From Nitrosarchaeum sp. (lineage in GTDB: Archaea > Thermoproteota > Nitrososphaeria > Nitrososphaerales > Nitrosopumilaceae), in NCBI GenBank assembly GCA_965223865.1, contig OZ245020.1:320001-384000 (forward strand): DNA of 64,000 bases. Reading direction: 5' to 3'. The notes beneath the pieces were generated by a model. That model was not told where the DNA came from and searched no databases. It saw only the letters and a list, made by a program, of their open reading frames with translations. Each line of letters begins with the position of its first letter. The first letter of the stretch is position 1. The position numbers were made by a program, and so were the translations under genes. Shown here piece after piece: positions 40,203 to 47,900 of this stretch.

Positions 40203-40433
40203 TTAAGCTAATTCGCCTAAAAAGTGTACAATACCTTGATCTACTAGAACAGTTCTATCTTTAGGAACATGAAATAGTTTTTTTGAATTATTTGTTGATT
40301 GAACAATAAGTTTTGAAAAAGGATCATTGAGGGATTTGTACAAAATTCCTTGTTCACCAATAGATTGTGACCAATGGGTGCCTTGAATAAATGAAATAGT
40401 TTGAAATTTAATTATTTGATAAGAATAAACCAT
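40203..40433 (-). CDS. Small hypothetical protein
   Basis: 76-aa ORF co-oriented with and 6 bp behind the CBS gene. Confidence 0.65.
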   Translation of the reverse strand: MVYSYQIIKFQTISFIQGTHWSQSIGEQGILYKSLNDPFSKLIVQSTNNSKKLFHVPKDRTVLVDQGIVHFLGELA

Positions 40434-40439
40434 GGTAAA

Positions 40440-40880
40440 TCATTTGTTTTGTTTCATGCGAGTAATAATTTGATCAGAGATATTTCTCATCTCTGAATCA
40501 GAACCAAGGCTGCAAATTTTCACTAAATCTGTTGTAGTTATTATTCCAATTATTTTGTTATCTTGTTTTACAGGTAGCTTGTGAATGTTTTTGGTTTTCA
40601 TAATTTGTGCGGCTTCCCATACTGTTTGATCTGAATCAATTTCAATAAGTGGAGAAGTCATTACTTTTTCTATGGAAGAAGTTAATGATATTTCTTTGGA
40701 GGCTATTTTTTTTACAAAATCTCTTTCTGTCAAGATTCCAATAGGATGACTGTCTTTAGTTGCAATTATGCATCCAATATTTTTTTCATCCATCATCTTT
40801 GCTGCTTCACTTATTGTAGTTGATATATCTAAGGTAGCTAAATTATCGATCATGGCATCTTTTACAGATGTGTATCCCAT
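40440..40880 (-). CDS. CBS domain pair protein
   Basis: IGILTERDF and IGIITTTDL motifs. Confidence 0.9.
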   Translation of the reverse strand: MGYTSVKDAMIDNLATLDISTTISEAAKMMDEKNIGCIIATKDSHPIGILTERDFVKKIASKEISLTSSIEKVMTSPLIEIDSDQTVWEAAQIMKTKNIHKLPVKQDNKIIGIITTTDLVKICSLGSDSEMRNISDQIITRMKQNK

Positions 40881-40953
40881 ACAATTAATTTAAAATTTAT
40901 TCTAATAAAGGAGATCCTTATTTTCATGAAAAGAACTTAAATTTCTAAAATCA

Positions 40954-41373
40954 TTATTTTACTATTAAAATAGGGATTGTTGATTTGTGCAAAACATAAT
41001 TTGATGTGCTTCCAAGAAAAGTTTCTTTTATTGAACTCATTCCTCTTGAACCTATTACAATAAGATCAAATTTTTTGGTATTTGCATAATTGACAATTTT
41101 GACTCCTTCATCTCCGTAAATCACATCATCAAAAAAATCAATTCCATTTTGAGCTGAACATTTTTTTGCCTTTGACATAAATTTTGAAGCATTTTCAAGA
41201 AGATGTTTCTCTATGTAAGAGATTTGTGAGCTAGTCTTCGGTTTAGATAATGGAATTACATACAATCCTGTAATAGTAGCATAACATTGTCTTGCAAGAT
41301 AAATTGCCTCATTTAATCCTCTCATGGAATTTTTAGAGCCATCAAGTGGGACTAGAATTTTTTTTATGTTCAT
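40954..41373 (-). CDS. Universal stress protein
   Basis: ILVPLDGS and IGSRG...FLGSTS motifs. Confidence 0.93.
   Translation of the reverse strand: MNIKKILVPLDGSKNSMRGLNEAIYLARQCYATITGLYVIPLSKPKTSSQISYIEKHLLENASKFMSKAKKCSAQNGIDFFDDVIYGDEGVKIVNYANTKKFDLIVIGSRGMSSIKETFLGSTSNYVLHKSTIPILIVK
41255..41370. repeat. Right arm of exact 116-bp inverted repeat (partner 39308-39423)
   Basis: Read directly. Confidence 0.95.
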
Positions 41374-41483
41374 AATCGGTTTGATGCTTGACCAAATTTA
41401 AGGTGTTTCTATAGCATTATCGTTTTTGATTTTCAGTAGTGAGATTATGCAAACATCATAATATATGGAAAATAGGAAGTTAA

Positions 41484-41954
41484 TTGAAAATGGTCAAGGA
41501 TGCAAAGGAAATTACAGTGGGAGACGTAATGACAAAGTCTGTTATTGCAGTTGATGCGTCAATTACAGTAAATGAGGCAGCAAAAATGATGGAGGATTCA
41601 AAAGTTGGCTCAGTTATAGTTATGGAGAACAATAAGCCTTTAGGAATAGTTACAGATAGAGATTTTGCAGTTAAAGTTGCAGCTCATGCATATCAGATCT
41701 CAACTCCAGTAAAGAGGATTATGTCAACGCCATTAATCGCAATAAATCCAGATGAGACAGTATGGATGATTTCTGATATAATGTATACAAGGGGGGTAAG
41801 AAAATTGCCTGTGATTGAGAATGATCAAGTGGTAGGAATAGTTACTGCTACAGATCTTGTAAATCAACTTGCGATATCAACTGAAGAAGATCTGCAAAAA
41901 ATGTTCCATGAATCAGTAATCAAAGTATACAAACAATATAGTCCATACAATTAG
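41484..41954 (+). CDS. CBS domain pair protein
   Basis: LGIVTDRDF and VGIVTATDL motifs. Confidence 0.9.
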   Translation: MKMVKDAKEITVGDVMTKSVIAVDASITVNEAAKMMEDSKVGSVIVMENNKPLGIVTDRDFAVKVAAHAYQISTPVKRIMSTPLIAINPDETVWMISDIMYTRGVRKLPVIENDQVVGIVTATDLVNQLAISTEEDLQKMFHESVIKVYKQYSPYN

Positions 41955-42335
41955 TCATCCATTAACAATAGCATTCATCAATGATTTTCCACCAATTAGG
42001 GCTCCAATAGATAATCCAATATTTGTTAAAAGATTCACTGCTAATGCAAAATAATGATGGTTATCTAAGAGATTACTTGAATCTAGAGCAAATGAAGACA
42101 TCGTAGTAAGTGAACCACAAAATCCAATTGCTGCAAACAACGAATATCGGCCATCAAGATTCCAATGTTCGGACAAGATTACAAACATTCCAAGTATAAA
42201 TGCCCCAAGAACATTAACAATCAGAACATTTAGCGGTAATGTATTGAAAATGATTGGTGTTTCTGTTATTTTATATCTTAGAAAAGCTCCAAGAACAGAT
42301 CCGCCTGCCAGAAATACAAATTCTAAACCTTTCAT
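41955..42335 (-). CDS. crcB: Fluoride efflux channel CrcB/Fluc
   Basis: GGSVLGAFLRY, NVLGAFILG and GFCGSLTTMSSF motifs. Confidence 0.93.
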   Translation of the reverse strand: MKGLEFVFLAGGSVLGAFLRYKITETPIIFNTLPLNVLIVNVLGAFILGMFVILSEHWNLDGRYSLFAAIGFCGSLTTMSSFALDSSNLLDNHHYFALAVNLLTNIGLSIGALIGGKSLMNAIVNG

Positions 42336-42362
42336 TGTCTACCTTTATTCTTTTCATTGTGG

Positions 42363-42413
42363 GTAGATATTATTAGTGTCATTTAACACGGTTCAGGCTT
42401 TCATATCAAGGCT
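42363..42413 (-). promoter_or_regulatory. Candidate variant fluoride (crcB) riboswitch
   Basis: Minus strand AGCCTT-GATAT-GAAAGCCT-GAACC-GTGTT-AAAT-GACAC-TAATA-ATATC-TAC follows the fluoride aptamer layout, 27 nt upstream of the crcB start. Confidence 0.6.
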
Positions 42414-42493
42414 AATGTCATTCAACTAAGTTTCAAATTATGGTTATCCATCTAGTCATGAACATTTTTCTAAAAATATTTTATGAGAGATGC

Positions 42494-43234
42494 TTATCTG
42501 CAATCTAATACCAATTCATGTACAGATTTTTGTTCAATCTCTACTACATGTTGCTGACCAAACAAACTTAATCCATCAAATTCTAAAGTTTTGACATCAC
42601 TTGGAATAACAAATGGAATTGTCATGTAGTCACCTTTTATCATGATTTGTCCTGCTAGTCTTCCATCAAGCTCAAGATTTCCTGGAGGCATCATAATAAT
42701 TTCAGATGTGTTTGTAGCAATTTCAAGTGGCAAGTCTACAAACAGTGTGATATCCTCAAATCGTTCATCAAGATTGACTAACGGTGACAATACTGGAATA
42801 TCTTCACATCCATAGTTTGTTACAGTCAGCTCAGCAAAGACAAAAGACGAGGCAATGACTAAACCACCTATGGCAACAGCAATTGCGATTGAAGTACCTA
42901 TGACAGTGGAAGCAGGCAAGCCTACTGCAGGTAAGATAGCATTAGCTGCCTTAATCTCTAAACTTAAAATTTTAGAGGCAGCTTTTATTCCTCGGAAGGT
43001 TTTATCTGTTAAGTTGATGGAATCTTTTAATTTGAGATATACGTCTCTTGGCAAATCGTTTTTATAATTATCTAAAATTATTTCAAGATCTTTTACCTTT
43101 TCGTACCATTCTTCTGCATTTTCAATTTTATTATTGAACCTTTCAAATTTTCTTAAAAAGGATGCCATTTCTTTTCTTGCTTTTCTCTGTCTTTCTTTTT
43201 TATTTGAAAAAGGAAAAACACTAGATGACATCAC
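42494..43234 (-). CDS. Hypothetical single-pass membrane protein (helical N-domain, beta-rich C-domain with two Cys)
   Basis: 246-aa ORF with a central TM helix. Confidence 0.7.
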   Translation of the reverse strand: MMSSSVFPFSNKKERQRKARKEMASFLRKFERFNNKIENAEEWYEKVKDLEIILDNYKNDLPRDVYLKLKDSINLTDKTFRGIKAASKILSLEIKAANAILPAVGLPASTVIGTSIAIAVAIGGLVIASSFVFAELTVTNYGCEDIPVLSPLVNLDERFEDITLFVDLPLEIATNTSEIIMMPPGNLELDGRLAGQIMIKGDYMTIPFVIPSDVKTLEFDGLSLFGQQHVVEIEQKSVHELVLDCR

Positions 43235-43390
43235 TATTATTTTCCTAGCAAATAGGATAAGATCTGGTTACCTTGAATTTGAAATAATAAGCTGATTTGT
43301 TAAATAAGAATAATTAAGGTGAGATTCTCATTTTACAAGTTTCAAATTATAGTTACCTGATCAGCCATAATTTGAGAATTAATTACTCAT

Positions 43391-43885
43391 CTAATCATCC
43401 CCTGTTATTACATGTAGGATGATTAACAGAACTAGTAGAATAACCAGACCAAACTGTCCATGTAGTAACCTGTTGAAAACTTTGGTGTTTCTGGATGAGG
43501 TATATCTCAGTAAAATTCCACTTATCATCAAAACTGTCATAGTAATTGCAAGTGATAATGAGATTGAATTTAGTTCACTTACTAGAAGTAAGCCATGAGT
43601 CATTCCTGCAAAGTATCCAATTGAATTAAGAATTATGTGAAAGTTTAGAACTGGTTTGTAAAATTGAACTGCCTGCCTTGCCATCTGGAGCGATTGACCT
43701 CCTGCACGTACAGCATATTTTCTCCATTTGTTAAACAAGATAAATGGTAAATTTGCAATAACACCTGCTCCAATTGCCACCCATCCCAAACTTTCTATTG
43801 CATCTTCTGCGTCATCATCATCTGCAAAAGCTGGTACTGGTGCTAAAAATAATAGAAAAATGATTGGAATGATCTTTGTATTCAT
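43391..43885 (-). CDS. Membrane protein with four TM histidines (possible di-heme cytochrome b)
   Basis: FHIIL..MTHG and LLHG..ILHV pairs in TM helices; GGTGAT RBS before ATG 43885. Confidence 0.65.
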   Translation of the reverse strand: MNTKIIPIIFLLFLAPVPAFADDDDAEDAIESLGWVAIGAGVIANLPFILFNKWRKYAVRAGGQSLQMARQAVQFYKPVLNFHIILNSIGYFAGMTHGLLLVSELNSISLSLAITMTVLMISGILLRYTSSRNTKVFNRLLHGQFGLVILLVLLIILHVITGDD

Positions 43886-43889
43886 AAAA

Positions 43890-44204
43890 TCACCTTGCTG
43901 CTGGGATTTTTGGCCTTCTAGTCTTGTAGATTTTAAATCCAGTATAGGCAACAGATCCTACAATTACTGCAATTGTTCCATAAAGGATTGCATCAGAGAT
44001 TCCTCCCCCTAGTGCTAGTTCTTCGTCATCGTCATGTTCCCTTTCTCGCTCTCTTTCCATATCACCGAATCCTCTTTGTTCGTGTTCTCTTTCATCTTCG
44101 TATTCTTCCCATTCATCTTCATCTGCAAAAGCTACTTCCACACTTGAGACAGTCAAGACAAGTATTGCACCGAGAACAAGTACAAAGATTGATTTTTGTT
44201 TCAT
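43890..44204 (-). CDS. Secreted acidic (E/D/R/H-rich) peptide with C-terminal TM anchor
   Basis: Signal peptide identical to that of 47497-47748; start at ATG 44204. Confidence 0.75.
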   Translation of the reverse strand: MKQKSIFVLVLGAILVLTVSSVEVAFADEDEWEEYEDEREHEQRGFGDMEREREREHDDDEELALGGGISDAILYGTIAVIVGSVAYTGFKIYKTRRPKIPAAR

Positions 44205-44236
44205 GAGTATAGTATGTGTGATTTTAGATATAATCA
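44125..44236. repeat. Left arm of exact 112-bp inverted repeat (TATA, start and signal peptide; partner 47465-47576)
   Basis: Reverse complement equals TGATTATATCTAAAATCACAC...GTAGCTTTTGC at 47465-47576. Confidence 0.95.
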
Positions 44237-44263
44237 GCAAGTATACATTGCAATCAGCTGCAA
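44227..44263 (-). promoter_or_regulatory. Promoter with TGCA-N6-TGCA site and TTATATC TATA box (copy 1)
   Basis: Minus strand TTGCAGCTGATTGCAATGTATACTTGCTGATTATATC. Confidence 0.55.
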
Positions 44264-44288
44264 TTAACAAATTCATGATAGAAGGTGC

Positions 44289-44311
44289 TTGCAAATAATT
44301 GCAGTATAAAC
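44289..44311 (+). promoter_or_regulatory. TGCA-N6-TGCA site (copy 2)
   Basis: TTGCAAATAATTGCAGTATAAAC, identical to 47438-47460. Confidence 0.6.
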
Positions 44312-44355
44312 ATCTCTTTCTTATGCAATTTTCTCATATTAAATTTTGAGAATAC

Positions 44356-44655
44356 ATGAGTGCAGTACAACCAAAAAAACAAAAATCAAGCACAAAATCG
44401 CTTGTTATTGTTGGGGGTATTATTGCAGCTGTTGCAATCTCACTTCTTGTATACCTAATGTGGTATACAGCAGGTGAAGAAGTAGTTGAGGTTGTCAAAG
44501 TGGTCGCAGTAACTGGACAGGGATGTGTGGTCGAAACATTTGATGGTTATGCATTTACTATTGAGCAATGTAGTGCAGAACCAGGAGAGGTTATTTCTAC
44601 ACCTATTGATCAAAAAGTCAAAGAACGAGCTCTGTTAATGAACCCAACATCTTAA
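44356..44655 (+). CDS. Small membrane-anchored hypothetical protein (two Cys, beta-rich)
   Basis: N-terminal TM helix followed by VKVVAVTGQGCVVET...C. Confidence 0.7.
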   Translation: MSAVQPKKQKSSTKSLVIVGGIIAAVAISLLVYLMWYTAGEEVVEVVKVVAVTGQGCVVETFDGYAFTIEQCSAEPGEVISTPIDQKVKERALLMNPTS

Positions 44656-44665
44656 TTTTTTAATT

Positions 44666-45187
44666 TTAAAATTTTAGTGTAACTGAATTATCAGTTATTG
44701 TAACAGTACTATCCTTTTCTAACGAAGATTGTACAATAGCTTCTAAGAATGCTTTTAAGAATATTGAACCTTTTTTGCCAAAGTCATGATGAATACTTAC
44801 ATTACTTGTTCCATCGTCTACTTGCATGTCACACATCCCATAACCACATCGCTCAAAGTACATCTTGATAAATTCTGAAATGCTATCTGAAGTTAGCTCC
44901 TTCCATTTGAACAAAATAAAGTCTTTTGGCTCTTTGGATCCTATTGATTTTGCAAAGTTTATGATGTTTTTTTCATCAAGGGAATTTAACAGATCCTTAA
45001 AGGAGCCCTTACTCATTTCAACCATGCCAAACTTCTTCATAAACTGATCAAACTCTACATGATCACCAAAAATCTGGTTTGCCAAAGTGTTCATACTAAT
45101 GCGTTTTTCTTCAGCTTCTTTTCTTAGACCTTTTTCATATTCCTCATCAATCCTAAATGTAATCGTTGAAGTCTTTTTGGCCTTCAT
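44666..45187 (-). CDS. Ribbon-helix-helix regulator with C-terminal sensor-like domain
   Basis: TSTITFRIDEEYEKGLRKEAEEKRISMNTLANQI RHH pattern; Cys pair CGYGMC; divergent from the rhodanese operon. Confidence 0.75.
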   Translation of the reverse strand: MKAKKTSTITFRIDEEYEKGLRKEAEEKRISMNTLANQIFGDHVEFDQFMKKFGMVEMSKGSFKDLLNSLDEKNIINFAKSIGSKEPKDFILFKWKELTSDSISEFIKMYFERCGYGMCDMQVDDGTSNVSIHHDFGKKGSIFLKAFLEAIVQSSLEKDSTVTITDNSVTLKF

Positions 45188-45201
45188 ATTCTAAAGATGA
45201 G

Positions 45202-45237
45202 TGCATCTAATTGCAGTATAAACTTCTTGATTATATC
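45202..45237 (+). promoter_or_regulatory. Promoter with TGCA-N6-TGCA site and TTATATC TATA box (copy 3)
   Basis: TGCATCTAATTGCAGTATAAACTTCTTGATTATATC; TATA about 28 nt before ATG 45259. Confidence 0.6.
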
Positions 45238-45258
45238 AAATAAATCCAAATACTAGGC

Positions 45259-46659
45259 ATGAGTCAAAGTACAAAAAACTATGAAATATCAGCTAAGCAG
45301 CTAAACGAAGAATTATCACAACAAAAACCATTACTCGTTTTTGATTTAAGGCCAAAAGACCAGTTCGAAAAGGACCACATCAAAGGTTCGGTTCATGCAG
45401 TATGTGATACTCAGGCAAAAGAGAAGATCATGCCCAAAATACCAAAAAATGCCAAGATTGTGCTTATTTCTGAGCCTGAAAAAATTGCTAAAGAGACTGC
45501 ACAAATGATGAATTCATTTGGTTTGGATGCCCATTATTTGCAAGGAGGATTCCGTTCTTGGGAGGGTAAAACAGAGCAGGGTAAAACAGGAAAAATCATT
45601 ACAGCGCAGCAATTAGAGGCTCAATTAGATAGGGTATTTCTTTTAGATGTCAGAAGTGAAGACGAATTTTCAGAATATCAAATTCCTGGAAGCATAAACA
45701 TTCCCTTAGATAACCTCTTTGATGCAAAGACGCTAGAAAAGATTCCAAAAGACAAACCTGTAGTAACAATATGTCCACATGGAAACCGAGCAATGGTTGC
45801 AAGTTTTGCATTGACAAGAGGAGGAATTAATTCACATACGCTTGCAGGAGGACTAGCTGAATGGAATCAGATTCTCAAACCAATAACCGTAACACACAAA
45901 CCAAGAGTAATCCAAGTTCAAAAAGTTGGTAAAGGCTGTCTATCTCATATTGTAGAATCTGATGGAGAAGCTATTGTAATTGATCCGCTTTACCCATTTG
46001 AAAAATATATTGAAATTGCAAAAGAACTAGGATTTACAATAACTAAAGTATTTGATACACACCAGCATGCAGATCATGTATCTGCAGCTCGAAAGCTTGC
46101 AAAGGAAGCAAATACACAACTCTACCTCTCAAAATATGAAGGATATGATTATGATGCAACCTTTGTTGGAGATAATGACACTATATCTTTTGGAAAATCA
46201 ATGCTTAGAGTAATTCATACTCCAGGACATACACCAGGGAGTCTTAGCTTTGTTGTTGATGAAAAATATATTTTCACAGGAGATATATTGTTTGTAGAAT
46301 CTATTGGAAGGCCAGATCTAAGAGATAAGGCTGAAGAATTTACAGAACAGCTTTACAATACACTTCATGAAAAACTTCTTGTTCTACCTAATGAAACATT
46401 GGTGTTTCCAACTCATCATAGTGAGAATGTAGATTCGATTGATGGCGCATATTATTCCACTATAGGAAATTCAAGAAAACTTCCCTGGCTTGATATCCCA
46501 AAACAAGAATTTGTCAAAAAGGTAATAGCAATTACACTTCCAAGACCCATGAACTATCGTAAGATAATTGCTGTAAACAAGGGAGAGTTAGAATTGGTGC
46601 AGTATGAGATTCCTGATTTGGAGATTGGTCCAAACAGGTGTGCAGTAGATGTTAGTTGA
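45259..46659 (+). CDS. Tandem rhodanese plus metallo-beta-lactamase (persulfide dioxygenase/CstB-like) fusion
   Basis: Two rhodanese domains (HIKGS, IPGS, active loop CPHGNR), then THQHADHVS, HTPGHT, GD...GRPDL and terminal PNRC. Confidence 0.88.
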   Translation: MSQSTKNYEISAKQLNEELSQQKPLLVFDLRPKDQFEKDHIKGSVHAVCDTQAKEKIMPKIPKNAKIVLISEPEKIAKETAQMMNSFGLDAHYLQGGFRSWEGKTEQGKTGKIITAQQLEAQLDRVFLLDVRSEDEFSEYQIPGSINIPLDNLFDAKTLEKIPKDKPVVTICPHGNRAMVASFALTRGGINSHTLAGGLAEWNQILKPITVTHKPRVIQVQKVGKGCLSHIVESDGEAIVIDPLYPFEKYIEIAKELGFTITKVFDTHQHADHVSAARKLAKEANTQLYLSKYEGYDYDATFVGDNDTISFGKSMLRVIHTPGHTPGSLSFVVDEKYIFTGDILFVESIGRPDLRDKAEEFTEQLYNTLHEKLLVLPNETLVFPTHHSENVDSIDGAYYSTIGNSRKLPWLDIPKQEFVKKVIAITLPRPMNYRKIIAVNKGELELVQYEIPDLEIGPNRCAVDVS

Positions 46660-47437
46660 GGTACTAGATCCCCTCATCATTTTTCTTTCAATCATTTCAG
46701 GGACGATAGTGGGGTTTAGTCTAGGTTTGGTTGGTGGAGGTGGATCTGTTCTAGCAGTGCCTCTATTGTTGTATGTTGTAGGCGTAAAAGACACACACAT
46801 AGCCATAGGCACATCCGCGCTTGCTGTTGGAATTGTTGCTGGAATTAGTCTACTAAACTACAAAAAATTAGGAAGAATCAGAATTAGAAAAGGCCTCATG
46901 TTTGCCATACCTGGAATTGCAGGAACATTATTGGGTGCCCAGCTAGGATTATGGACTCCTGCTGAGCATCTCTTGATCTTCTTTGCTGGATTCATGATAG
47001 TAGTGGGTCTTTTGATGCTAAGGAAAAAGAGTGCAACACATGAGGTATCAAATGAAAACATGAGTTTAATTTTGCTAAAAAGAAATGTTTCCTTTTCAGG
47101 TTTCTTGGTTGGAGTACTTGCAGGATATTTTGGGATAGGTGGAGGTTTTTTGATTGTTCCAACAATAATGTATTCAGGAGGACTCAGTATCATACATGCA
47201 ATAGGTACATCACTGGTTTCTGTAAGCTCATTTGGTATTACCACTGCTGCAAGATACCTAGTTGCAGGACAAGTTGACATTCTATTGGCTGCATTGCTAA
47301 TTGTTGGAGGAATAATAGGTGGATATTTTGGATCAAAGACATCTGAAAAAATTCCAAAAGAATTCTTAGTCAAAATATTTGCAGTATTACTATTTACAGT
47401 AGCAGTTTACATAATGATTCAAACTATCATATCATAA
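46649..47437 (+). CDS. TauE/SafE family sulfite exporter
   Basis: GLVGGGGSVLAVP, AIGTS and GIGGGFLIVP repeats; overlaps the rhodanese gene. Confidence 0.92.
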   Translation: MLVEVLDPLIIFLSIISGTIVGFSLGLVGGGGSVLAVPLLLYVVGVKDTHIAIGTSALAVGIVAGISLLNYKKLGRIRIRKGLMFAIPGIAGTLLGAQLGLWTPAEHLLIFFAGFMIVVGLLMLRKKSATHEVSNENMSLILLKRNVSFSGFLVGVLAGYFGIGGGFLIVPTIMYSGGLSIIHAIGTSLVSVSSFGITTAARYLVAGQVDILLAALLIVGGIIGGYFGSKTSEKIPKEFLVKIFAVLLFTVAVYIMIQTIIS

Positions 47438-47474
47438 TTGCAAATAATTGCAGTATAAACTTCTTGATTATATC
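47438..47474 (+). promoter_or_regulatory. Promoter with TGCA-N6-TGCA site and TTATATC TATA box (copy 4)
   Basis: TTGCAAATAATTGCAGTATAAACTTCTTGATTATATC; TATA about 29 nt before ATG 47497. Confidence 0.6.
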
Positions 47475-47576
47475 TAAAATCACACATACTATACTCATGA
47501 AACAAAAATCAATCTTTGTACTTGTTCTCGGTGCAATACTTGTCTTGACTGTCTCAAGTGTGGAAGTAGCTTTTGC
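47465..47576. repeat. Right arm of exact 112-bp inverted repeat (partner 44125-44236)
   Basis: Read directly. Confidence 0.95.
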
Positions 47577-47748
47577 CGATTCTAACAGTTATGATGACGA
47601 TAAAGATGATGATCATGAAAAAGAATATGATAGAAATGATGACAGAGATGATCATGATGATGATCATGATAATGATCATGATAAAGATGACAGAGATAAC
47701 GACAAAGACGATTCAAACGACAAGTCAGAAAAAGAGAGAAAAAGCTAG
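47497..47748 (+). CDS. Secreted Asp/His-rich low-complexity peptide
   Basis: Signal peptide followed by DDDKDDDHEKEYDRNDDRDDHDDDHDNDHDKDD. Confidence 0.7.
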   Translation: MKQKSIFVLVLGAILVLTVSSVEVAFADSNSYDDDKDDDHEKEYDRNDDRDDHDDDHDNDHDKDDRDNDKDDSNDKSEKERKS

Positions 47749-47756
47749 AAATCAAA

Positions 47757-47788
47757 TTGTCTGAAAAGACAAAATCATTTTTTATTTA
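47757..47788 (+). terminator. Hairpin TTGTCT-GAAA-AGACAA followed by a T-rich tract
   Basis: Directly after the 47748 stop codon. Confidence 0.4.
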
Positions 47789-47900
47789 ATTCAACAAGAA
47801 ATTATGAATTTTTGAACTTACAGAGCCTGAAATTACATAGGGAATAACTGGTATCTCTACATATCTCAATACCAAACTAGGAAAAATTTTGATTATAGAA

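Noticed and set aside
47573-47764. Met-rich ORF MPILTVMMTIKMMIMKK as a copper-binding protein
   Set aside because: It is the shifted-frame shadow of the GAT-rich Asp/His peptide, which has the signal peptide and promoter.
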